Shown here one piece after another: positions 1 through 8,033 of a stretch of 41,520 nt of DNA. Position 1 is the first letter of the stretch. Each line of letters opens with the position of its first letter. This DNA is from Deltaproteobacteria bacterium. Its GTDB lineage: Bacteria; Desulfobacterota; Desulfobacteria; Desulfobacterales; B30-G6. The stretch covers positions 1 through 41,520 of the forward strand of contig JAFDAT010000001.1 in the NCBI GenBank assembly GCA_019313725.1, given 5' to 3'. A program made the position numbers and the translations under genes. Under the pieces are notes generated by a model that was not told the origin of the DNA, ran no database searches, and saw only the letters and a program-made list of their open reading frames with translations.

Positions 1-130
1 GGGCATCCGCCTGTTTCTCTCTGTTTTCATTTTTTTTGTCGCCGGCACAGCAACGAATTGTATATGTGCTGACCATTTCTAATGTGTAATCATTCATATC
101 CGGTATATTTTAAAAATGCCCCGGCTCAAC

Positions 131-142
131 TTGTATATACAA
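131..142. promoter_or_regulatory. Candidate HutC/GntR operator (perfect palindrome TTGTATATACAA)
   Basis: Exact 12-bp palindrome, identical to 1034-1045. The flanks also match in inverted orientation (caggTTGTATATACAAg-tg). It contains the TGTA-N2-TACA core recalled for HutC sites. It lies ~100 nt upstream of a minus-strand ATG at nt 30 (MKTERNRRMP...) that runs off the left edge. Confidence 0.5.
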
Positions 143-187
143 CCTGTAAGGGTGTATAAAACAGGAATTTATCCCCTGTCAACCCCA

Positions 188-913
188 TTAAAAAAAATCC
201 GCCGGATCAAACTGTGGTGAAAAGGTGTCGCGGAAGGCCATTTCCCCGCGCATGTGATACTCAACATAGGTAACCGGATCTTCAAACGAGTAGGTCATGC
301 GTTTGATATGAAAAACCGGATAACCCGGAGTCGCGTTGAAAAGCGGGGCGATCTCCTCTGATAGAACGATGGCCTCCATGCTCTGGCTGATCCGGGTCAG
401 AGACAGCTTGTACTTGTTGATCAGAATGCTGTGAATAGATGCATTGCTGAGGTCCTCCCACAGGATCCCGGCACAGATGTCCGGGCGAAGATAGCGTATT
501 TCATAACGTACCGGCTTTTGATCGAAATACCAGAGGCGGCGGATGATGATCACCTGGCCGGCGGTTTCCAGTTTTTTGGCAACATGTGCGGGCGGGTCGA
601 CCACCTGCGCCTCCAGGACTTCGGTGGTCAGTTCCACCTTGAGATCGTCAGCCCACTTCTGAAAAGGCCTCACGCGAAAAAATCCGGTGGTGTAGTGCTG
701 CTTTTTTTTCACGAACGTGCCTTTGCCCGGTATGCGCGCTACAAATCCGTCCCGCTCGATGGCGTCAATGGCTTTGCGTGCGGTCATGCGGCTGACGCCG
801 AACTTCTGCGCCAGCTGGTTTTCGGACGGTACGGCATGGGTGAAATTCCGGGCCTTGATGCCCTGGATCACATAATCCCTGATCTTTTCATATTTCGGGT
901 ACCTTTTTTTCAT
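188..913 (-). CDS. hutC: GntR-family transcriptional regulator, HutC/FarR subfamily (winged HTH + UTRA-type effector domain)
   Basis: 241-aa ORF with an N-terminal GntR wHTH signature (SENQLAQKFGVSRMTARKAIDAIERDGFVARIPGKGTFV). Divergent from hutU-hutH, with a palindromic operator in the shared intergenic region. TAA stop. Confidence 0.8.
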   Translation of the reverse strand: MKKRYPKYEKIRDYVIQGIKARNFTHAVPSENQLAQKFGVSRMTARKAIDAIERDGFVARIPGKGTFVKKKQHYTTGFFRVRPFQKWADDLKVELTTEVLEAQVVDPPAHVAKKLETAGQVIIIRRLWYFDQKPVRYEIRYLRPDICAGILWEDLSNASIHSILINKYKLSLTRISQSMEAIVLSEEIAPLFNATPGYPVFHIKRMTYSFEDPVTYVEYHMRGEMAFRDTFSPQFDPADFF

Positions 914-1033
914 CTAACCATCCTGTTCCCCAATCTGTTCATCGCGTTGAATCCGGTGCTGTTGCAACCACACCAGGGTTAATGACAAATTCTCCTTGAC
1001 AAATTCAGAGATATGATCAAAAAAATAGCCAGG

Positions 1034-1045
1034 TTGTATATACAA
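1034..1045. promoter_or_regulatory. Candidate HutC operator in the hutC/hutU divergent promoter region
   Basis: Second exact copy of TTGTATATACAA, located between the hutC start (913) and the hutU start (1207). Confidence 0.55.
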
Positions 1046-1206
1046 GATGCGGTCCTCCGTGGTCAAGGGCATTTTTTACCTGTGGTGAGCGATCCAAATA
1101 TTTGCAAGCTGATGGAAATTTATAAAAATAATTGTCGCTTATGTCCATACCGGCTGCTAAAGTTTAATGGATAGTTGTAATATCCTATGCTAATGAAGGA
1201 GTTTCC

Positions 1207-3234
1207 ATGACACCCCAACCATCAGAAAACCGTAGCCCCAGGTTAGAGCTCGACGACAGTCTCCCTGATCTCCCTGAATTTGTTAAAGGTATTCGCAGGG
1301 CACCTGACCGCGGGTTTCGCCTGACATCGAGCCAGACGGAAACCGCGCTGAAAAACGCTCTGCGCTATATCCCCGTAGAACTGCATGCGGCCCTGGCATT
1401 GGAATTTCTGAACGAACTGACCACCCGGGGCAGGGTCTATGGTTATCGCTACAGGCCCGCCGAAGCCATCAAGGCCAAACCCGTTCACGAATACAAGGGC
1501 AGATGCCTGGCCGGCAAGGCCTTCCAGGTGATGATCGATAACAATCTCGATTTTGACGTGGCCCTCTACCCCTACGAACTGGTGACCTACGGCGAAACCG
1601 GCAGTGTCTGCCAGAACTGGATGCAGTATCGCCTGATAAAAAAATACCTGGAAATACTGACCGAGGACCAGACGCTGGTTGTCGCTTCGGGACACCCCCT
1701 GGGCCTTTTTGAATCGAGGCCCTCGAACCCGCGGGTCATCATCACCAATGGTCTCATGATCGGCAGATACGACAACCTCGACGACTGGGAGGTTGCCGCC
1801 CAGATGGGAGTGGCCAGCTACGGACAGATGACGGCCGGCGGATGGATGTACATCGGCCCCCAGGGAATTGTCCACGGGACCTACAACACCCTCCTGAATG
1901 CCGGCAGAATCCGATTCGGCCTGGGCCACAAGGCCGACCTTAAAGGACGGCTGTTTGTCAGTTCCGGACTTGGCGGCATGAGCGGTGCCCAACCCAAAGC
2001 CGCCGAGATCGCCGGAGCGGTTTCCATCGTTGCCGAGGTGGATGATTCGAGAATTGCAACCCGGCACGCTCAGGGCTGGGTGAACCGCACCTCCGCCGAT
2101 CTCGCTGAAACCTTTGCCATGGCCGATGAAGCCATGCAGGCGGGTAATCCGCTCTCCATCGCCTTTCACGGCAACATTGTCGATCTGCTGGAATACGCGG
2201 TTGATCAGGACAAAAAGATCGACCTGCTGTCGGATCAGACATCCTGCCACGTGGCCTACACCGGGGGCTACTGCCCCCAGGGCATCACCTTCGAAGAAAG
2301 AACCCGGCTGTTGACGGAAAATCGGGAGGAATTCTGCAAACGGGTGGACAAAAGCCTGCGGCGCCATTTTGAGCTGATCAAAACGCTTGTGTCCAGGGAC
2401 GTATATTTTTTCGACTACGGCAATGCTTTTCTGAAAGCTGTCTTCGATGCCGGTGTAACCGAGGTTTCCCGGAACGGTGTCGATGACAAAGACGGGTTCA
2501 TCTTTCCATCCTATTTCGAAGACATTATGGGACCTCATATTTTCGATTTTGGCTACGGTCCCTTTCGCTGGATCTGCCTTAGCGGCGAGCATGGCGACCT
2601 GGTCAAAACCGACAAAGCCGCCATGGACTGCATCGACCCCGACCGCAGGTTCCAGGACCGGGACAACTGGACCTGGATCAGGGATGCGGAAAAAAACAAC
2701 CTCGTGGTGGGAACCCAGGCCCGGATCCTGTACCAGGATGCCGCCGGCAGGATTAAAATCGCCTTGAAATTCAATGAGATGGTAAGGAAAGGGGCTGTGG
2801 ACCCGATCATGATCGGCAGAGACCACCACGACCCGGGTGGTACGGATGCCCCTTTCCGGGAAACGGCCAATATAAAGGACGGAAGCAATGTCATGGCCGA
2901 TATGGCCACCCACTGCTTTGGCGGCAACTGTGCCAGGGGGATGTCCATGGTCACCCTTCACAACGGCGGCGGCACCGGCATCGGCAATGCTATAAACGGC
3001 GGTTTCGGATTGGTTCTGGATGGCAGCCAGAGCGTTGACGACACCATCCGATGCGCCATCTCATGGGATGTAATGGGCGGCGTGGCCAGGCGCAACTGGG
3101 CCAGGAACACCAACGCCATGGAAGTGTGCCGTTCCTTCAATCAATCGAATCAGGGTGTGGGCCACGTCACCATCCCTTTTGTTGCAAAAGAAGAACTGGT
3201 TAAAAAATTAGTAGCAGAAAAAATACAAAAATGA
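1207..3234 (+). CDS. hutU: Urocanate hydratase, long (~675 aa) form
   Basis: 675-aa ORF with urocanase-typical blocks (MTAGGWMYIGPQGIVHGT, GLGGMSGAQPKAA, HNGGGTGIG). SD AAGGAG sits 5 nt before the ATG. Adjacent to hutH and hutC. Confidence 0.9.
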   Translation: MTPQPSENRSPRLELDDSLPDLPEFVKGIRRAPDRGFRLTSSQTETALKNALRYIPVELHAALALEFLNELTTRGRVYGYRYRPAEAIKAKPVHEYKGRCLAGKAFQVMIDNNLDFDVALYPYELVTYGETGSVCQNWMQYRLIKKYLEILTEDQTLVVASGHPLGLFESRPSNPRVIITNGLMIGRYDNLDDWEVAAQMGVASYGQMTAGGWMYIGPQGIVHGTYNTLLNAGRIRFGLGHKADLKGRLFVSSGLGGMSGAQPKAAEIAGAVSIVAEVDDSRIATRHAQGWVNRTSADLAETFAMADEAMQAGNPLSIAFHGNIVDLLEYAVDQDKKIDLLSDQTSCHVAYTGGYCPQGITFEERTRLLTENREEFCKRVDKSLRRHFELIKTLVSRDVYFFDYGNAFLKAVFDAGVTEVSRNGVDDKDGFIFPSYFEDIMGPHIFDFGYGPFRWICLSGEHGDLVKTDKAAMDCIDPDRRFQDRDNWTWIRDAEKNNLVVGTQARILYQDAAGRIKIALKFNEMVRKGAVDPIMIGRDHHDPGGTDAPFRETANIKDGSNVMADMATHCFGGNCARGMSMVTLHNGGGTGIGNAINGGFGLVLDGSQSVDDTIRCAISWDVMGGVARRNWARNTNAMEVCRSFNQSNQGVGHVTIPFVAKEELVKKLVAEKIQK

Positions 3235-3264
3235 TGAACATCGAACATTGAAAAAAAGCGAATG

Positions 3265-3397
3265 CCCAATGTTCAATAACGAATAATCAATGTCCAAGGT
3301 AGGGCGATCGGCATAAGGTGCACAACTGGCAGGGATAAATCCCTGTGCTACATCGCTGTCGGCTTTATGCCATGTAGCCCAGGGCTTCAGCCCTGCT
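3265..3397. repeat. Structured intergenic repeat, copy 1 (133-bp core)
   Basis: Near-identical to 3569-3701 (about 9 mismatches by my count). Internal hairpins cagggaTAAAtccctg and cagggcTTCAgccctg. Flanking 16-nt inverted arms at 3282-3297 and 3417-3432 are 15/16 complementary. Confidence 0.85.
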
Positions 3398-3568
3398 ATA
3401 ACTTGATAATTGGGCGTTGGATATTGATTATTGGACATTTGAAGAAACGCATCATCGATACCGCTGGTAGCTGTTCAACATTCGAGGTTGGATGTTCGAT
3501 GTTAAATAATTTTGATTTGAACCCTTATCTCCAATCCTTTGAAGAAGAACCATAAAAAAGAGCGAGTA

Positions 3569-3701
3569 CCCAATGTTCAATAACGAATAATCAATGTCCA
3601 AGGTAGGGCGATCGGCATAAGGTGCACAACTTCCAGGGATAAATCCCTGCGCTACGAAGCAGTTGGCTTTATGCTATGTAGCCCAGGGCTTCAGCCCTGC
3701 T
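3569..3701. repeat. Structured intergenic repeat, copy 2 (133-bp core)
   Basis: Direct repeat of 3265-3397, 304 bp downstream. Same two internal hairpins. Ends 50 nt before the hutH ATG. Confidence 0.85.
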
Positions 3702-3751
3702 CGCATTTGACTATTCGATTTAAATAGTTTTTACAATTTTGAGGTCCAGAT

Positions 3752-5296
3752 ATGAAATCAATCCAGATCGACAAGGAAAAACTGACCATCGAGGATGTGG
3801 TGTCCGTCGCCCGGAACGGCGCTCCGGTGGAGGCCTCCCGTGAAGGTGGGCAGCGCGTCGAACGAACCCGGCAGCTCATCGAAGAATGGATTCAGGAAAA
3901 ACAGGTGATCTACGGTATCACCACCGGGTTCGGTGCTTTGTGCAATGTTCCCATTTCGGAATCCGATACCCGCCGACTGCAGCACAAAATCATCATGAGC
4001 CACGCCGCGGGTATAGGCGCGCCGCTGCCCGGGGATGTTGTGCGGGCGGTCATGGCTGTCCGTCTGCATGACCTGTTCATGGGGTACTCCGGTTGCTCGT
4101 TGAAAACATTGCAGTATCTGATGGCCTTTCTCAATCAGGAGCTGACACCGGTGGTGCCGGAAAAAGGCTCCGTCGGCGCCAGTGGAGATCTAGCCCCCAT
4201 GGCCCACCTGGGGCTGGTCCTGCTCGGCAAAGGCGAGGCCTTTTACAAACAAGAGCGTATCAGCGGCGCCGCGGCACTGTCCAAAATCGGCCTGGAACCC
4301 CTCGAACTGGCAGCCGGTGAAGGCCTCGCCCTGATCAACGGCACCCAGGTGATGACCGGCATCGCTGCGCTGGTTGTTCACGATGCTATTCGACTGGCCA
4401 AACTGGCCGACATCGCCTGCGCCATGAGCCTGGAAGTGCTCATGGGCAGCAATTCCGAATTTGACCCCAGAATTCATCAGATCCGCCCACATCCGGGCCA
4501 GATCGCCTCTGCCGACAACATGCTGCGCCTGACCGGCGACAGCGGAATTCTCCTTTCTCATGAAGGATGTGCACGCGTCCAGGATGCCTACACCCTGCGC
4601 TGTTCACCCCAGATACATGGTGCCAGCAAGGATGCCGTCGTGCACGCCCGCAATGTCCTCAACATCGAAATCAATGCCACCACCACCAATCCATTGATTT
4701 TTGCGGATACCCGGGAAATCCGCCTCGGAGGCAATTTTCACGGTCAGCCCATTGCCATGGCGGCCGACTATCTTTCCATGGGGATTGCCGAACTGGGCAA
4801 CGTGTCCGAGCGCCGTATCGAACGGATGGTCAACCCTCAGCTGAGTGAACTGCCGGCCTTTCTGGTGAAAAACGGCGGGCTCAACTCCGGTTTCATGATC
4901 GCGCAGTACACTGCGGCAGCCCTTGTCTCTGAAAACAAGGTGCTGGCGCATCCCGCTTGTGTGGATTCCATCCCCACATCCGCCAACAAGGAAGACCACG
5001 TCAGCATGGGAACCATCGCCATCCGTCAGTGCCGTGAAATACTGGACAACGTGGAGCATGTTCTTGCAGTGGAATTGCTGTGCGCCGCCCAGGCCTATGA
5101 CCTTCTGACCGAAGATACGAAGATAGCCTGGGGCAGAGGCACCCGGGAGGCATACCGGGTAATCCGGAAACACGTTACCTACCTTGAAAAAGATCGGGAA
5201 CTGGGCAAAGACATTGAAAACATGGTTGCCCTGATCCAGACCGGCAGCATAATCGATGCGGCGGAAAAGGCTATTGGTGAGCTTAACCTCCTTTAA
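3752..5296 (+). CDS. hutH: Histidine ammonia-lyase (MIO-dependent aromatic amino-acid lyase family)
   Basis: 514-aa ORF with GSVGASGDLAPMAHL (Ala-Ser-Gly MIO-forming triad), YGITTGFG and MSHAAGIG blocks. Downstream of hutU. Confidence 0.88.
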   Translation: MKSIQIDKEKLTIEDVVSVARNGAPVEASREGGQRVERTRQLIEEWIQEKQVIYGITTGFGALCNVPISESDTRRLQHKIIMSHAAGIGAPLPGDVVRAVMAVRLHDLFMGYSGCSLKTLQYLMAFLNQELTPVVPEKGSVGASGDLAPMAHLGLVLLGKGEAFYKQERISGAAALSKIGLEPLELAAGEGLALINGTQVMTGIAALVVHDAIRLAKLADIACAMSLEVLMGSNSEFDPRIHQIRPHPGQIASADNMLRLTGDSGILLSHEGCARVQDAYTLRCSPQIHGASKDAVVHARNVLNIEINATTTNPLIFADTREIRLGGNFHGQPIAMAADYLSMGIAELGNVSERRIERMVNPQLSELPAFLVKNGGLNSGFMIAQYTAAALVSENKVLAHPACVDSIPTSANKEDHVSMGTIAIRQCREILDNVEHVLAVELLCAAQAYDLLTEDTKIAWGRGTREAYRVIRKHVTYLEKDRELGKDIENMVALIQTGSIIDAAEKAIGELNLL

Positions 5297-5388
5297 ATTT
5301 TCATGCTTGACCATATACGATGAAGTATGAAACAAAAGCCTATATTTCAACGCTATATCGATCTTCTGAATGTAACGCATGAAAATTT

Positions 5389-7893
5389 ATGGATATTGTC
5401 TACGTAGAACTCGACCGGTGTATTGCCTGTCTGAATTGTGAACGCGCCTGTCTGTTTCACAGATTCGAACGCCGCATTGGCAGCACCGCCAACATATTTG
5501 TGACCGTTGATATGGACCGTCGGCAGATTTTTGCGGGCACATGCCGGCAGTGCGAAACCGCCCCCTGCATGACAGTGTGCCCGGTTGAAGCCATCACCCG
5601 CGACCCGCTCACGGAGGCCGTCATCGTCGACAAGGAAACCTGTATCGGGTGCAGCATGTGCATTGTCGCCTGCCCCTTTGGATACATGGTTCTGGATGAA
5701 TCCTCACGCAGGGCCACCAAGTGCGACCTGTGTGGCGGCAACCCCAGGTGTGTGCAGATGTGCATGGCCGGGGCCCTCCATTTTGGCAGCATCGATTCAC
5801 TTGCGGAACGCAAACGTAAGCATCCTGATCTGGGTCTTTGCGCAGTTTCCGACCGTGGGGACCTTATGATGACCGCAAGAACTGTTGTTGAAAACGGCGT
5901 TGTCCCCACCCTGTGCAGAATGTGCAGCAACCGCTGCAGTATCGGCATCCATATCGCGGATGGCAACATGGTTGACATCGCACCTCTTGAAGGCAATCCG
6001 GTCAACCTGGGCAAGATGTGTCCTCGGGGAAGGGCCGCCCTGGACACGTTCTATCATCCAAACCGTATCTGCACACCCCTGAAGCGGAAGCCTGACGGAT
6101 CTTACGTTGAAATCAGCCGTAACCGGGCCCTGGATGAAATCGCCGAAAAAATGCTGGACATAAAAAGCCGTTTCGGCGCACGCTCCATGGGCCTGTGGAA
6201 GGGTGAAGCCATCGGTTTTCTGCAGCAGGAGGAATATCCCCGGCGGTTCGCCCACGCATTCGGGACACCCAACTATTTTTCAAATGATTCGGCCTGCTAC
6301 CCTTTCCCTTACTATGCCCAGGCGGACCTGATTCTGCTGTTCGGTACCAACCCGCCGGTATGCCATCCCCCTTTTATGGCTGAATTTGCCGATGCCAAGG
6401 CTAATGGGGCCAACCTGGTTGTGATTGACCCACGGCTCAACCCCATCGCCTGCTATGCCGACATATTTGCCCAACCCCTGCCCGGCACCGATGGTGCCCT
6501 GGCCTGGGGCCTGATTCGGTATCTCGTGAATGCCGGCGAGTATGACCACGAGCTGGTAGAACGCTACAGTATAGGGTTTGAGGCCATCGCCGCCTATGCC
6601 CAGAAATTCACCCCGGAATTTGTTGAAAAAGAAACCGGTGTGTTCGCCGATGTCCTCGTCAGCGTCGCCCAGCTGATCATCGAGAACCGCCCCAAGGTCA
6701 GCTTTTACATGGGGGCCGGGCTGGAACACCACGACAACGGCGTTGACAACGTACGCGCCCTGGTCGTTCTGTCCTGCCTTACGGGGGGGCTGGACATCGC
6801 CTGCGGACTCACCTGGCCGGAGAACATGCCCCGGAACAAACTGACCCTCTACGACGAGCTGCCTCTCGAAAATGAGGAACCCATTGGTGCGGATCGCTTT
6901 CCCGTGCTTTACGAGCTTCGCAAAGAGTGCCATTCCATGACGGCCATGGATTTCATGCTGGGCAACGGTGATTACCCCTTGAAAGGGCTCATCATCACGG
7001 CAGCCAACCCGGCGGTGACCAATCCCAACACTGAAAAGGTGGAAAAGGCTCTCAGCAGCCTGGACCTTCTGGTGGTCAACGAACTGTTCATGACCCGAAC
7101 GGCGCAGCTGGCAGATTATATCCTGCCGGCGGCCACTTTTCTAGAACGGTCCGAGATCCACACCGATCCTAAATTTCAAAGGGTCTATCTCACCAACAAG
7201 GTAGCCGAGATATCCGGAATCAAAGATGAATACATGCTCTGGCATGACCTCGCCCATCGTTTGGGATTCGGTGAAACGTATTTCCCCTGGGAAAATGAGG
7301 ACCAGGTCAACCACTTTATTATGGAACCTTCCGGCATTACCGTCGAACAGCTCAGGGAACACCCGCAAGGCATTGCCTACCTGCCCCTGACATTTCAAAA
7401 ATATCTGTCCCGTCCCCTGCCCACAGGTTCGGGCAAGATCGAGTTTACCTCGCCATATCTGGAAAAACTCGGGTTTAAAGCTGTACCGGAATACGTACCG
7501 CCCCATCACCTTAGAAAAAAATCGGATGCGTATCCGTTTCTTCTCACCACCGGGGCACGCAAAACCCTTTTGTATCACTCCCGGCACCAGAACCTGAAAC
7601 ATTTTCGAAAATTGCACCCCAAGGCAGAGCTTGAAATTCATCCTGACGATGCTGCCGGACTGGGCATCAGCCACAGGGAACCGGTTCGTATCGTTTCAGA
7701 AATCGGGGAACTGGTGGTGGAAGCTAAAATCGTGCACAAAGCCGAACTTCGCCAGGGTGTTGTGGAGATGTACCACGGGTGGGAAGAGTGGCGCATCAAT
7801 TTCACGACGTTTGACAATATCAACGACCCCATCAGCGGATTTCCCCTTTTGAAGGGTGTGCCGGTGAGGATTGAAAAAATTCAGGATACTTGA
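5389..7893 (+). CDS. Fusion protein: N-terminal multi-[4Fe-4S] ferredoxin domain + molybdopterin (Mo/W-bisPGD, DMSO-reductase family) oxidoreductase catalytic domain; cytoplasmic
   Basis: 834-aa ORF. Residues 1-~150 carry four Cys clusters (CIACLNCERAC, CRQCETAPC..CP, CIGCSMCIVACP, CDLCGG..CVQMC). The CRMCSNRC...CPRG N-terminal cluster motif of Mo-bisPGD enzymes follows, along with family blocks (LILLFGTNP, VVIDPR, LPGTDGA, TAANPAVTNP). No twin-arginine leader. Confidence 0.75.
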   Translation: MDIVYVELDRCIACLNCERACLFHRFERRIGSTANIFVTVDMDRRQIFAGTCRQCETAPCMTVCPVEAITRDPLTEAVIVDKETCIGCSMCIVACPFGYMVLDESSRRATKCDLCGGNPRCVQMCMAGALHFGSIDSLAERKRKHPDLGLCAVSDRGDLMMTARTVVENGVVPTLCRMCSNRCSIGIHIADGNMVDIAPLEGNPVNLGKMCPRGRAALDTFYHPNRICTPLKRKPDGSYVEISRNRALDEIAEKMLDIKSRFGARSMGLWKGEAIGFLQQEEYPRRFAHAFGTPNYFSNDSACYPFPYYAQADLILLFGTNPPVCHPPFMAEFADAKANGANLVVIDPRLNPIACYADIFAQPLPGTDGALAWGLIRYLVNAGEYDHELVERYSIGFEAIAAYAQKFTPEFVEKETGVFADVLVSVAQLIIENRPKVSFYMGAGLEHHDNGVDNVRALVVLSCLTGGLDIACGLTWPENMPRNKLTLYDELPLENEEPIGADRFPVLYELRKECHSMTAMDFMLGNGDYPLKGLIITAANPAVTNPNTEKVEKALSSLDLLVVNELFMTRTAQLADYILPAATFLERSEIHTDPKFQRVYLTNKVAEISGIKDEYMLWHDLAHRLGFGETYFPWENEDQVNHFIMEPSGITVEQLREHPQGIAYLPLTFQKYLSRPLPTGSGKIEFTSPYLEKLGFKAVPEYVPPHHLRKKSDAYPFLLTTGARKTLLYHSRHQNLKHFRKLHPKAELEIHPDDAAGLGISHREPVRIVSEIGELVVEAKIVHKAELRQGVVEMYHGWEEWRINFTTFDNINDPISGFPLLKGVPVRIEKIQDT

Positions 7894-7976
7894 TGCTGGT
7901 TTGTGGATCCTGGATGCTGAAAGGATCAAGCGACCAGCGTCCAGTATCAAGTTTCGAGGATCAAGCATCCAGCATC
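7892..7976. repeat. Palindromic/low-complexity intergenic element with competing stems
   Basis: gatgctgg (7892-7899) pairs with ccagcatc (7969-7976). ctggatgct (7910-7918) pairs with agcatccag (7964-7972). ggatcaagc occurs twice in direct orientation. The element starts inside the stop codon of the Mo-enzyme gene. Confidence 0.6.
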
Positions 7977-8033
7977 TTAACTGTTATTATTGCTTACAGA
8001 GTTTATACATTCGATCTTAGGAGATAATCTAAC

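Noticed and set aside
1243-2961. 572-aa minus-strand ORF antisense to hutU. The same applies to 431..982 opposite hutC and to 4604..5380, 5457..6047, 6280..6933 and 7141..7674.
   Set aside because: These are shadow ORFs typical of GC-rich coding DNA. Their composition is Gly/Pro/Arg/Val-rich with no recognisable motifs or RBS. The opposite strand carries confidently identified genes.
3208-3555. ORFs 3208..3438 (minus) and 3367..3555 (plus) in the hutU-hutH spacer.
   Set aside because: They lie entirely within the structured repeat element, have no RBS and have odd composition. The repeat structure explains the open frames.
3752-5296. Possibility that the HAL-like gene is an ergothionase (ergothioneine trimethylammonia-lyase). 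That would feed TMA to the Pyl-type MttB and make the urocanase-like gene a thiourocanate hydratase.
   Set aside because: The ORF retains the Ala-Ser-Gly triad (GSVGASGDLAP) that forms the MIO cofactor. As far as I recall, ergothionases lack MIO. The regulator and operators also look like a standard HutC system. A profile comparison would be needed to exclude the idea fully.
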